Of a stretch of DNA of 64,000 nt, positions 12,529 to 46,736 are shown in pieces; the first letter of the stretch is position 1, and every line of letters starts with the position of its first letter. The position numbers were made by a program, and so were the translations under genes. Source of the stretch: Macrostomum lignano (taxonomy: Eukaryota); contig NIVC01001409.1 of the NCBI GenBank assembly GCA_002269645.1, positions 62,001 through 126,000 on the forward strand, in the 5' to 3' direction. The notes beneath the pieces are model-generated. The model saw nothing but the letters and a program-made list of their open reading frames with translations, made no database searches and was not told the origin of the DNA.

Positions 12529-12959
12529 CAAAAAGATTAAAAAGACAATAAAATCATTCTTATAATGTGCTGTGAGCAATAAATATATGATAGATTGTAT
12601 TTTCAAAACATGAGCACAGTGAAATCAAGCTAATTGGCAAAATTACACACAGGTGCAAGAATCAATAATGCGGGCATTAATATCGCTTTTGAATATCCGA
12701 TAGTCTGGCAATTATCAGCGCAAATATGAATCATAATAGAAAGTTTTTAACTAAAAAATCGAAAATGACTCGTATAATGAAGTAAAAATGTTAAAACTAC
12801 TTCTAAGTAGCATCGCAAGTATGCATGAAAACGTATGAAAGAATATAATGCACAAACCAAAAGCGCAGATTTATGATCCACAACAATGGCAGATATGCGC
12901 GCAAACAGATACTGATAGTGAAAAGCGAATACCTCAGACAAGTATTCTGTATTCTAACC

Positions 12960-13535
12960 ACCGAAGCATCAGACTGAGTATCTCATTCAAAAGATACAGG
13001 TCTCATTAGAGTATTACAAAAAGGACACCAGTCTCACCAGAGTATCTCACCCAAAAGACACCAGTCTCCCCTGAGTATTTCACTTAGGAGATGCCAGTTT
13101 CCCCAGAGTATCTTATCCAAGAAACACCTGGCTCATTCCAGTATCCCACATAATATACACCAGTCTCACCAGAGTATCTCACTTAAGACACCGGCATCAC
13201 CAGAGTATCTCATTTAAGAGACACCAGTCTCCCCTCGAGTATCTCACCAAGAGACATCAGTCTCACTAGAGTGTCTTACCCAAGAGACATCAGTCTCACC
13301 GGAGTATCTCACCCAGGAAAAACCAGTCTCACCAGAGTATCTCACTCAAGAGACGCCAGTCTCCCCCCCGAGTATCTCACCAAGAGACATCAGTCTCACT
13401 AGAGTGTCTTACCCAAGAGACATCAGTCTCAACGGAGTATCTCACCCAGGAGACACCAGTCTCACCAGAGTATCTCACCCAAGTGATGCCACCGAGTGTC
13501 TCACTTAAGAGACACGAGTCTCACCAGAGTATCAA
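12960..13535. repeat. Degenerate about 33-34-bp tandem repeat (ACCAGTCTCACCAGAGTATCTCACCCAAGAGAC)
   Basis: Recurring CCAGTCTC...AGAGTATCTCAC motif between the TTC36 stop and the OPA1 start. Confidence 0.85.
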
Positions 13536-13639
13536 ATTAACAAAATAGCAATCTGCCCATTCATTGGCATTTTATGGGTGAAAAGACCATAAATTTTGAG
13601 TTCATCTATAAGAGCTGGGCAGGCGGTGTCATCGAGCAT

Positions 13640-16149
13640 TCAGCTGCTGCAGTCCTCGGCGGAGTCGGAAGGCCTGCTGAGCTGGCCAATGACCTCCCGC
13701 AGCATCTGGTTGCACAGGGCCGCATACGGGTTCATCTCCACCAGCATCTGCTTGGCAAACGGCCCGCCCAGTCTGGCGGCCGCTTCAAAATCTTGCCTGG
13801 CCTCGTCGTCGCGACCTTCGGCCCGGCGGATCACGCCGCGCTGCGTCAGCGCCTGGCAGGCCACCCGGCCGGAGCCGCGCGACAGGCGCAGCGCAGATTC
13901 CAAGTCGTCCAGGGCGCCGCGCCGGTCGCCGCGCAGCTGCAGAGCCTGGGCGCGGTTGTTGTAGCCGGAGGCGCGGTGCGGCGTCAGCGACACGCAGCGG
14001 TTCAGAGAGTCCAGCCCGCCCGACAGGTCGCCGCGCTCGATGGCGTGGATCGCCTCCACCTCCAGCTTCTGCGACGGATTTCAAAGTATTGGATGAACTC
14101 TTATAGCACTAGCGCTGACTGCTACTTCAAGTAGGCTGGTTGGAAAGTTGTGAAAAACTCGACTAGGTACTTTTTATGTGGGATCGAATAGTGACAGGTG
14201 GCAACCATGCCATTAGAATCCCATTAGGGGATCAAATAGGGACAGGTGGCAACCATGCCATTAGAATCCCATTAGGGGATCAAATAGGGACAGGTGGCAA
14301 CCATGCCATTAGAATCCCATTAGGGGATCAAATAGGGACAGGTGGCAACCATGCCATTAGAATCCCATTAGGGGATCAAATAGGGACAGGTGGCAACCAT
14401 GCCATTAGAATCACATTAGGGGATCGAATAGGGACAGGTGGCAACCATGCCATTAGAATCACATTAGGGGATCGAATAGGGACAGGTGGCAACCATGCCA
14501 TTAGAATCACATTAGGGGATCAAATAGGGACAGGTGGCAACCATGCCATTAGAATCCCATTAGGGGATCAAATAGGGACAGGTGGCAACCATGCCATTAG
14601 AATCACATTAGGGGATCAAATAGGGACAGGTGGCAACCATGCCATTAGAATCCCATTAGGGGATCAAATAGGGACAGGTGGCAACCATGCCATTAGAATC
14701 CCATTAGGGGATCGAATAGGGACAGGTGGCAACCATGCCATTAGAATCACATTAAAGGATCGAATAGGGACAGGTGGCAACCATGCCATTAGAATCACAT
14801 TAGGGGATCGAATAGGGACAGGTGGCAACCATGCCATTAGAATCACATTAGGGGATCGAATAGGGACAGGTGGCAACCATGCCATTAGAATCACATTAGG
14901 GGATCGAATAGGGACAGGTGGCAACCATGCCATTAGAATCACATTAGGGGATCGAATAGAGACAGGTGGCAACCATGCCATTAGAATCACATTAGGGGAT
15001 CGAATAGGGACAGGTGGCAACCATGCCATTAGAATCACATTAGGGGATCGAATAGAGACAGGTGGCAACCATGCCATTAGAATCACATTAGGGGATCAAA
15101 TAGGGACAGGTGGCAACCATGCCATTAGAATCCCATTAGGGGATCAAATAGGGACAGGTGGCAACCATGCCATTAGAATCACATTAGGGGATCGAATAGG
15201 GACAGGTGGCAACCATGCCATTAGAATCACATTAGGGGATCGAATAGGGACAGGTGGCAACCATGCCATTAGAATCACATTAGGGGATCAAATAGGGACA
15301 GGTGGCAACCATGCCATTAGAATCCCATTAGGGGATCAAATAGGGACAGGTGGCAACCATGCCATTAGAATCACATTAGGGGATCAAATAGGGACAGGTG
15401 GCAACCATGCCATTAGAATCCCATTAGGGGATCAAATAGGGACAGGTGGCAACCATGCCATTAGAATCACATTAGGGGATCGAATAGGGACAGGTGGCAA
15501 CCATGCCATTAGAATCACATTAGGGGATCGAATAGGGACAGGTGGCAACCATGCCATTAGAATCACATTAGGGGATCGAATAGGGACAGGTGGCAACCAT
15601 GCCATTAGAATCACATTAGGGGATCGAATAGGGACAGGTGGCAACCATGCCATTAGAATCACATTAGGGGATCGAATAGGGACAGGTGGCAACCATGCCA
15701 TTAGAATCACATTAGGGGATCGAATAGAGACAGGTGGCAACCATGCCATTAGAATCACATTAGGGGATCAAATAGGGACAGGTGGCAACCATGCCATTAG
15801 AATCCCATTAGGGGATCGAGTAGGGACAGGTGGCAACCATGCCATTAGAATCTCATTAGGGGATCGAGTAGGGACAGGTGGCAACCATGCCATTAGAATC
15901 CCATTAGGGGATCGAGTAGGGACAGGTGGCAACCATGCCATTAGGATCCCATTAGGGGATCGAATAGGGACAGGTGGCAACAATCACCTTAGACTCGGAC
16001 AGCCGGTCCCGCTCCTCCTCTGTCATGTCCGCAATCTCCAGCTCCGTGTCCGAGAGGGGCTGCCCGGCCGCAGCCTCGGACTGCTCGTAGGGCATCTCGG
16101 GATTAAATACCCGGTTCAGCACCTGCTGGTCGCTGTTGCTTAGAGACAT
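13640..16149 (-). CDS. TTC36: Tetratricopeptide repeat protein 36; exons 16149-15988 and 14068-13640 (196 aa)
   Basis: N-terminal SDQQVLNRVFNP; TPR RASGYNNRAQALQLRG; QRGVIRRAEGRDDEARQDFEAAARLG; NPYAALCNQML, all typical of TTC36 as recalled. Phase-0 GT-AG intron 15987-14069. Confidence 0.93.
14184..15980. repeat. 48-bp minisatellite (GGGACAGGTGGCAACCATGCCATTAGAATC(C/A)CATTAGGGGATC(A/G)AATA), about 37 copies, filling the TTC36 intron
   Basis: Period 48 (14221 to 14269); source of the 655-aa repeat ORF. Starts 7 nt inside the donor site. Confidence 0.96.
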
Positions 16150-16426
16150 TTTTATGACTTCAGTGTTTCCAGCTGAAAAACAGAATGAGCAGTCGTTGAC
16201 AGTAACTCAAGCACTTGGCTACCTGAGCAGCAATTACTGAATTGATCACTTGGCTACCTGAGCAGTTACATTCACACCTGACAGATCCAGCACACAAGGA
16301 ATAAAAAGACTATGAAATAATGAGAAAACAGCATTAAATAGTCTTTATGTCAACGTGTGTTTACAGGCTACTGTTTCGTATAAAGAATATTTTGGTTTCA
16401 GGTTGAAGCACTAAGAACTACTGGTA

Positions 16427-16657
16427 CTACTTTTTCGCTTTATCAGCCATGCAGCTCTTGAGCAGGGCGAACTCAGCTGAGCAGACGCCGGGCCGACCGC
16501 CGGCGGCCGACGCTGATTCCTCCTGGCGCTGTGCAACGCAGGCGGCGTATGCGCGGGCCTCCGGGGTGCAGCGCAACAGCGCGGCGGACATGGCGCGGAG
16601 ACGGGCGCCAGCCGACTCAATGGAGGCTTTGGCTGACGCGGTGGAACTGCCCGGCGG
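16427..16657 (-). CDS. NDUFAF8: Twin CX9C protein resembling NDUFAF8 (C17orf89, complex I assembly factor); start codon uncertain
   Basis: ARLRAMSAALLR-C-TPEARAYAA-C...C-SAEFALLKS-C-MADKAKK*: two exact CX9C motifs with A..Y..CV and C..EF..L..C patterns. First in-frame ATG is at 16591; a TTTCCAG acceptor precedes 16657. Confidence 0.75.
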   Translation of the reverse strand, partial: PPGSSTASAKASIESAGARLRAMSAALLRCTPEARAYAACVAQRQEESASAAGGRPGVCSAEFALLKSCMADKAKK

Positions 16658-18618
16658 CTGGAAATGGCGATGCAGAACAGCTGTAAACCATACGGAAAAT
16701 ATCGAAAGGGCATTCCAGCTTGAGCACAAGAGCACGAATTTGAGGCCAGGTACGGGTGCCTATGGCAATAGTTTTCGAGCTGGTTTAAAATTAACTTACA
16801 CCACTTTATTCTATTTCAGTTTGTGTAATAAACCGCTAAAATCAAGTGTCTTAATAAAAGTTTGTAAAAAAATTAAAATTGTCTGTCTGTGTCCTGGGCT
16901 TATCTCATACAGTATTAGTTATCTACATAATTTGTAGTATTCAACCAAAGCTACTTATATGGATATGAGAAGTTACAGATACAGTGTTTTCAACCAAAGA
17001 TATGGTTACAGAAACTGATTTCCCGCATCTGAGTTCCCATATACTGAAATTTTATAATTGGCATGGCAATAAACCTCAACATGGTGAAGACACTGGCAGT
17101 CTAGGATGAGGTGAGATCCCAATGAATATGTCAAAGGCACATGCGTCTGCCATAGTCCTGGCTAGTTATGAAAAGTTATGGGAATATGGTAAAAATGTCT
17201 AAAATGACAATCAATTATATAGATATAAATTTTAAAGAAAGATAAACTGCGGTCAATAGGCAGTGGTGGCAGTGGCAGCAAGGCAACAGTGCACTTATGA
17301 AATACAACATGATATATGTCTTCAGCCTTCTTATTCTACGAAACATACAATCTGGAAAATGACTACATATGGTAAGTAGGCTAAAAACTATAGTTGGTTA
17401 ATTTAGTATTTAGTAAAACCTGCTAACTCTGCAAGCTGACCAGCTCACATGTGAATATGCACAATCTGTTTCTCTCATGTGACTATTCATTTCTGTTTTA
17501 AGGGTTTGGTGCCAAATTTTGTACTTTTGAAAGTCAATTTTTGTGGTAAAAGACACACAGGCATGACACACTTTTAGGGCAAAATTCAAAATTTAATTTT
17601 TAGCTTGGTGCACTTTTAGGGCTAAGTTTTTGGAAAGTTCCCCCCTTGACAAATGGCTTATTCCAGATAAGATAGACATATTTGGAAAATAGAAAAAAGT
17701 CAATATTTTTGCTTGCTATTGCCTTATCAACCAATTTTTTGCCAAACGTTTTTATGTGTAATATATACAATCTAAGAATAAATGAATGGTAAAATGTTGG
17801 ATTAGTATGTTATCAATTGGCAAAAAGTCATTTTTTATAAAAATTTGGACATTTTTCTAAGCAAAAGACATCATTAAGTCTATATACCTTTTAAAAACAA
17901 ATAGAAAGTTGAAAGTTGAAAGTTGAAACAAACTATAGATAAAATTATAGTACTTGCATCATCCGATAAAAACATTAGTGACCATATAATTGATTATATT
18001 TTTAATATATTGGTACCTTAAAGTTAGTGAACTGACAGAAAAAAAATGTTACAACTATAATGTTATGACCATAACATTATAAATGCATTGGCAACTCAAA
18101 TAATACTTCATGTTGATATTTACCTTTATTTATCTACTCTTCATCAAGCGAGCCACTTTACCTGATTTCTATATGGAATGGCCCTAATGCAAGCACACGA
18201 AATTCAAGAAAAGGGGCTAACTTTTTGCTGCGCACCTTCTCAAACAAGAATCAAGTCGCCAGCCCTCCAGACCATCGAGATATTCAACAATTCTGCTAGA
18301 AGGTCAGATTTTTCTTATAAGTGCTAGTATATTCAGTATATCCCTATGCGCCAATCAGCACTGCACCTCAGTTTAGCTTTGCCAAGCCTCCAAATTTCAT
18401 CAGCATGTCAACCATGTGTCTACATTGGCTGACTTTGTTGGTCACTAGCCTTCACCTAGGTAGAGTTTCTAGACATTTAACAGGTGGGCACCAGGTGACT
18501 ATGGATATCCTATTGCAAATTTCAATAGTTTTGCTGATCAAGCCTCAACAGTGAACAAACCTTAACTACTAGACATTTTTAGATAGACTCTCAAGTACTT
18601 GGTTGTCATCCTGATACC

Positions 18619-18808
18619 CAGGGGCGTAGCCAGGAATGTTCTATAGGGGGGTATACCAAGGTGAATTTTCTACGGGGGGATACACCAAGGTAAAAGTGCT
18701 ATGGCAATCACATGGTAGCATGTATAGCAACAAAGGGCTACAAAAAAGTTTTGGTTAGCCTTTTCGCGGAGGATACATCCCTCCTATCTTCCCCTTCCTA
18801 TGCCTTTA
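18619..18808. mobile_element. 190-bp MITE-like insertion (hAT-like CAGGGGCGTAGCCAGG start)
   Basis: Flanked by the 8-bp direct repeat CTGATACC (18611-18618, 18809-18816) and absent from the sister repeat copies; the 3' TIR is degenerate. Confidence 0.7.
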
Positions 18809-18850
18809 CTGATACCATTGGCATCTTCAATAGATGACACTAGCTGACTA

Positions 18851-19558
18851 CCCTATTGTAATAAGTTTTAAAAACCTGCAGACGCGCGACATGGGTGCCA
18901 AAATTGTGCCCTCAAAAGTGCGACGCGACACCAAATTTTGTTGACTGGGGGGCAGCGACGCGCGACACAACACCGATGTAGCAGCCACGTTGCAATTGAC
19001 AATTCTTGTTCTGCCGTTCACTCCCGACACCAAGACCATGGAGCGAGGGATGAGAGTATTCCTTTCAATTTTGCGGAAAAAGAAATGAAATTTAAAAACA
19101 ATAAACAGTAAAACAACAAAGGTACAACAGTTAGAAAAACAGCGCATGCATTGTAACTAACAAGTAACATTTCTAAAAATTATATTTGAAGTATTAGTTA
19201 TTTTACAGTCAAAATAAAAAAAGAACAATTCAAGAATTGGTTTTTATCAAACATGTTTGAAACATTTAAATACCGAGAAACAACCGTGAACATATTATTA
19301 CAATGAAACACAGTTTGCGAGGTTTTGGCTGCAGATCTAGGCCACAACGCAACACATGACGACACCAGCCGCCAAGTTGCCACACTTTCGCGTCTCGTTG
19401 TGTTGTGTCACGCGACACGACGTATGACGACACCAGGTTTCCACAATGTCGCACGATGCGACACACCACTTGATACCACTGTCACGCGACGCGACACCAG
19501 GAGAATCCAAAAATGCGACAGATGGTCGTCCGCGTTTTGTCAACTTATTCCAATAGGG
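18851..19558. mobile_element. 708-bp non-autonomous DNA transposon with 17-bp TIRs and 8-bp TSD
   Basis: Left CCCTATTGTAATAAGTT versus right AACTTATTCCAATAGGG (1 mismatch); TSD GCTGACTA at 18843-18850 and 19559-19566; subterminal CGCGACAC-like motifs at both ends. Confidence 0.85.
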
Positions 19559-22500
19559 GCTGACTATGGACACTCTATTGTAAACTTTTCTAGTTTTGCT
19601 GATCAAGCCTCAATAGTGAGCAAATCTCAACTGCTAGACATTCTTAGCTAGAATCTCAAACACTTAGTTGTCATCCTGATATTATTGGCATCTTAATAGA
19701 TAACACTAGCTAACTATGGACACCCTATTGCAAATTTTTCTAGTTTTTCTAATCAAGCCTTAACAATGGGTAAGCCTAAACTGCTGAATATCCTTAGCTA
19801 GACTCTCAAGTACCCAGTTGTTATCCTAATACTATTGGCATCTTCAATAGATGACACCAGATAACTATGGATACTCAAATAAGCTCTATTGCTCTGTTTC
19901 AACATAGCAAAAAATTGTCAAAGGAGGGGAATTCAACCCCCCTCATTGGTAATTCTACTGTTAATTTTAACAAATTATATCAATATTATTAAATTGTAAT
20001 TTAGAAAGAAAATGTAAAATTTAATATATCAAATTTATAGCAACAGCAATAGTTGTCAATTAAAACAAAATTTGCCTAGAATGTACATATTTATTTACTA
20101 CTTAGTGTCTACCTCTGGCTCTAAAATGAGACACATACTATATAGACTATATAGAATAATAGAACTATTTGCCTAATTAAATACCAATTAGTAGACAAGT
20201 TGTTTTATCGATAAGCTACTAGCAAAGAAGCTTACATCTGTCCTATACAAAACCATATAGACCCTCATACAATAAAAATACTTAAAAAGAAGTTTTTCTT
20301 TTGACAAATTTGGTCAATGGAAATCACCATAAATAATAGAACTAATTATCTGGCAAGTAAAATATTTTTTAAATATTTCACTAGAGTGCATTTTCCATAA
20401 CTAATAATATATACAATTATTCTTGACTGCAGTTGCGAATAATAGGATTGCCTCTCTCCGAGTCTCTTTTCAAATAAACGAAGCAAAAAATCACAAAAGT
20501 AGTATACTTGCATTTTTTGTCTACCAAAGCGCTTGATCGGCCATTCTGTCGATGTAACTAGACCTAGTAAGTGCTGTGCAGGCCCTATTGTGACCTTTTA
20601 GGGGCCTAATCTTAGGAACACTACTGACTATTTTATTTTTGTTGTTTTGATATCGAGTTGTGACGTGACGTAATGCTTGGGGCTCTTTCTTATCTACCAC
20701 TAGAAAAATGTTTGAAAACATGGTAAACCCATTATATATTGATATAATAGTTTGTAAGTATCGTGGCAGTCTTGGTGGTGACTGTCTAGGTATACTCAGA
20801 ACCCCACCTTCAGATACTCATGTATCATCCTAAGGCCGAATGCCGAGGCTCGCCGACGCCGTTGTTGACCGTTGTAGGTCCTCGTATCTTAGAAAGTTTC
20901 TTTTAAAAAATCAAGAATTCAGATTTGTACCTGACATTATCACAAAAACAAATTTATAGACCAAAAAGGATAGCAAAAGTGGAGTAAACTTTCCATAAAT
21001 ATTTCAGCGCAAGCGTTATTTAATACCAAAATGAATATAAATTATATTTACCATCGGGTGCAGAAGGTCAAGTAATCAGTTTAGCGGAGTTGATGGGTAC
21101 AAAAGCTTGGCTCTTGTCAAACCGAGAGAAGCCAAAACCTAGCAGAACCAAAGTATTGCCTTACTTACACAACCTCATTTTATATACACCAGAGGACATA
21201 GAGGGTAAATCAACGGTTTCTCTGCGATCTAGAAGTAAGTTTGACGCACAATAAATAATGCGATTTGAATTGTTTAACCTATATTTTTTTGCTATTGAGG
21301 CGTAATTATGCAGCTTATTTTTGTACCAATTCCGTTCCCGGCTCTTCTATTTTGCATGCGAGATATTTGAATCTCGAATTGATACAATCAAGTGCTTTCT
21401 TTAGCAAAAAATTAAGTTTGTCGTCTTGATACATGTACACAAACATGTACACAAACTTTACACATACATGTACTATACCAAACTCATATTATAGTCTGTT
21501 TAATAGTAGAACTACCAAGCCTTTTTTGGGGAAAAGTTTCGGGCTGCTGCAAAGTGGAACTTCGCTCTTCTACCGCATAAGTATATCCATTAGAAGTACT
21601 AAATATTTCTTGTACTTAAAATTTGTCTTACTCGTAGTTTTATTCCGCCAAGCCTTTTTGAAGCGCTTCTACCGCCCATGAATAACTGTAAATATGGCAG
21701 CCTTCGTTCTTTATACATGCACACAAGACACTGGGATTTCTACTCAGTTTCGATTTACAAGCGTATCCAGTTTCCATCTACTTACCATCAACCATTCTAT
21801 CCATCTACCCAGTTTCCCAGCTTCTTCTTTTCTAGAATCTGCTTATCCCGTTCAGTGCTATACAAAAAAGCGAATTTTTGCGGAATCCGTTTAGAAAACA
21901 CAACAGTTTTGAGTGTTGCCGCTCTCCAGTGAATAACTTTTTAAAGTTCTTCTCGAAACATTTGTGAGTGCACCTTGGGCGAAACGCATACCTACTTCAT
22001 TTGGAATTTAGAAGTCTGTACGAGCGCGAATTGTGAATTCAGTGCTTAAGAACTAAAAATTTTCCATTTCGCCAATGCATTTTACCACGAAAACAGACCT
22101 CCGATGAAATTTGCACGATTTGCGAGTGCAGCGTCTTTCTGCTTCAGCTCATACATGTAGCTGCAGTGCACGGGCTGACACGATCAGGCACGGAAATTCC
22201 GCTGATAGAACTGGGTGGGGTGGGGCCGGGGGAACTTCAGTCTTCTTATCTACTGTTTGTTTATATCTTTCTCGCCAGCTTCGACTGTTCTTTAGACAAG
22301 TGGCGGAGAGCAGTGGTCTGATTTCTACAGCAATTATCACCACGGGCTGTATTTTGCATCTCGCAGAGACAAAAAGTGCTCTAGCTATTCAATTTTGAAT
22401 ATTCTGCACAGTAGCAGCAGCGCAATTGGATTGGGCAACTGCAAGTTCTCTTTTTTACTGAATGCAGTAAAACGACACAATTGAGCTCTAAGTGCATATA

Positions 22501-23351
22501 AAGTGGCTTGGCTGCCTAGCTGTCAACATTTCAGTCTTTTTTGTAATTAATTACTCTCCGCGGCCGTTGTCCGCTACAGTAGCAATTCGAGATGATAGAG
22601 AAATTTTAGTGCATAGAAAAGCAGTTTGTTTGTCTCCGGACCACAGAGCTAGCATTCTCTGGTCCAGACTGTCTTTTGAAACAGTTTCTGTAATATTACA
22701 CGAATTAGTGCAGCTGTGCTTGTGCGATCTGTATCAAACTCAATTTTATTGTGAGGAATTTACATCAGTTTCAAAAACAACACCAATTAATCAAGCATTT
22801 TGTGAAGATACGCTATGTGAAGATAGCATTCTGAATTTCGACCCCCCAATGTGGCTTTCTGTCACTTAAAATGACTTAGTAATGCTTTTATTCAAACTAG
22901 CAAAGTATTTTTCCATTAGTATATCCTTATTAATAATATCTGTTAGTCTGTAGGATTTTAGCTCTTCTTGGAAATAGGAATACTTGAATTTCTCGATTTG
23001 ATAATAATTTTCTTGGGGAAAAGTGGGGAAAAGTGACTATGGTTTGCAATCGAAAATATCATGAAAAGAACAAAACAACACAATTTTTTGGAAGGTTGCA
23101 TTCTGGTTTTGAAATTTGCATCCTGAAATTGGACCCAGGATGCAATTTCGCATCCTTTCCCCAGCGAAAAAACGCCTGACTTGCAGCCTCAGGCGTGTGA
23201 GACTAATTTATGCACGTTATGATGCGCTGAAACGAACTCATAGCGTATCCATCCATTTCTTCGCTCTCTTCTTAAATAGCGACGCTACATTATAAAACTA
23301 TTAAAAATTTCAGGGAATTGACGGAGCAGTACAGCAGCCACAGCACTCAGC

Positions 23352-44653
<21,302 letters not shown>

Positions 44654-44724
44654 TGCCGATTGTGCTTTGGTTTTTAGACTGACAAAACAATTGAATCCCC
44701 GTTCCCCATATGATTCCCTATACT

Positions 44725-44790
44725 CACTAACTAGCTATACTCACTATACTTACTATACTCACTATACTTACTATACTCACCATACTCACT
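44725..44790. repeat. Short TATACTCAC/TATACTTAC repeat in the RNF213-like 3' region
   Basis: Visible about 9-bp units. Confidence 0.7.
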
Positions 44791-46736
44791 AATGAGTGAT
44801 GAGGCAAATCATGCTGAAATTAGTCGGAAAACTATTACTGAAAAATTCGAATGCAAGTAGATATGGCTAATACCTCGCGATCGTAAAGTAATTTGTTTTT
44901 TAAAACTGTCGGTCTGCTTTTTCTCGCACAGGCAAGTTTCTTATTGAAATTCAGAAGCACAAAACAAGCAAAGCAAGCCTCATTGCTATGATCAATTATT
45001 TGGTGATGTGTTTGCATGGTCACAAATTGTAGTTTTACTGTTCCATACAATATTTAATCCCACATTTAATAAATCTTTCATTATTTATTAGCTAACTATC
45101 AAAACAATAACCACCATTCTTATTCTGCTAGAAGCTAGCTAGCTAACTATATTTATACTTTGATCGGTCCCTTGTTGTAGGTGTGATTGCATGTTCAAAA
45201 TGGAAGTTACATTTTATTTACAATATTTAACCTCTACTTATCGTTTTAATCTATTTTTAATAACAGAAAAAATCAATCCAACGTTTTTATTCTTCTAGCA
45301 GCTCATAATTACTCTCACAATTACTGGTATTCATGTTTAAAAAATTTATGTTATATTTTGTGATTTCTCATCACAGAAGCAAATTTTACTGTCATAAAAA
45401 TATTTACCCAAAAATGTCTATTGTTTTATTCGATAAACTTTTAAACGTGTTTATTCCGATTTCGTATTCAAGATTTAATCAGCTATTTTTTGTAGCGAAC
45501 AACTTGCTATTCTGAGACTGAGCTCGAAGATCACTAAAACTTCAGTTGCTAAATAATTGAAAAAAATTCATTGTTTACAACACTGGCTAAAATATAAACA
45601 TTGTTTAAAATTTAAAGCAAATTCAAATTTAAATTTTTTAGAAAAAATTTCAAATTTAAAATAATGTTTAGTAACACAATAAATAGTAAAAATGGGTCCG
45701 CGTTTTATTTAAAACAAAAAGAAAGTTAGACCAAATGTCCATTGATTCTCAAATGCACTTTCAGTAAAACAATTTTTTCGAATTTGAACAGGACCGAAAC
45801 CGCCAAGTGTTTTAAGCAAAAAAGTTTTTTAAATGTACAGTCTTCAATTATATTTATAATTGATGATATAGTTTTGTTCTATCAACTCGTTTATTCAGCC
45901 CTGCATCTTTTTGCAAATAACAGAAATACTGTAGTATCGCTAACAGATTGTTCTCGTAAAATGTATCCACACCACCGCACTATTGATTTCATGTAGCCAC
46001 TTCCCTCAGTAGTATGTCACGATCTTAAACTACTCTTCATTTCGAAATAAAATCGATTGTTTAAATAGCTTTTCTATTAGTTATTCATCAACTATCAAAT
46101 AGACGACTTGGGACCTTGTTAGCTATCGGTACGCTCGTAACAGATTTCTAACCGCTTGTAAAGTTGAAGTCAAGCTACACGTGAATCAACTTCTTGGCAC
46201 AGTTACAGAGGGCGTGCGATGAGAATTTATATCTCTTCTGAAGAGTTTGCCTTGAGAAAACTAGAAAATGAAAGGAGAGACCAGAGAAAGAGAGAGGAAT
46301 AGAGTCGTGTCTAAACCCACGAACTTCCACTTCCAGACCGAAGCCTCGGCACAAATAATGGCCCTAATAAATTACAACGAAGAGAGTCACCTTAACGAAG
46401 ATGCATATGTTATTGGACAGTTGTCCAGTCTTGACAAAAGCTTCAGCAGTTCTCGGTCGGTAGTTCCTTCGATCGGTAGAAGTAGCTAGTCTTAGGTTAA
46501 GCAGCAGATATTGAACGAATAGCAATCCGACCTCGATTGGGTTGATCGGTAGTAATAGTAGTATCTTTTCCTCTTACTCGATTTTTACATTAATACAAAT
46601 ACAAATTTTGTTTAAATGAAGAAGGCGATTGAAGATATAACCGCTAGGTCTTTTGCATCCTCGGAGAGTATAGCTACATGTATTTAGACTTCTCATGAGT
46701 TGCCTTAAATAAGCGCCGGTCTCTCCTCAGAGACTA

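Larger units (their letters stand above)
18497..19875. repeat. About 150-bp tandem repeat, about 3 copies, interrupted by two insertions
   Basis: (G/A)ACTATGGA..CCTATTG..TTGCTGATCAAGCCTC..GTTGTCATCCTGATA..ATTGGCATCTT recurs at about 18497, 19562, 19712 and 19863. Confidence 0.85.

Noticed and set aside
1-16000. CRISPR-like arrays
   Set aside because: Repeats are head-to-tail without unique spacers, there are no cas genes, and the context is eukaryotic.
14176-16143. 655-aa GTGGNHAIRIPLGDQI-repeat ORF, superficially like an ice-nucleation or solenoid protein
   Set aside because: Lies antisense within the TTC36 intron, and the same unit occurs inverted at 12 kb; non-coding satellite.
20500-22900. 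Scattered splice-like signals and short ORFs on the minus strand, including a degenerate duplicated GCGGTAGAAG..AAAAAGGCTTGG motif
   Set aside because: Trial splicing required 20-33-nt introns and still hit stops; no gene model is supportable.
23111-23150. TTGCATCCTG / CAGGATGCAA inverted repeat upstream of the RNF213-like gene
   Set aside because: Only a 10-bp perfect stem with no TSD or element boundaries; could be chance or a MITE scrap.
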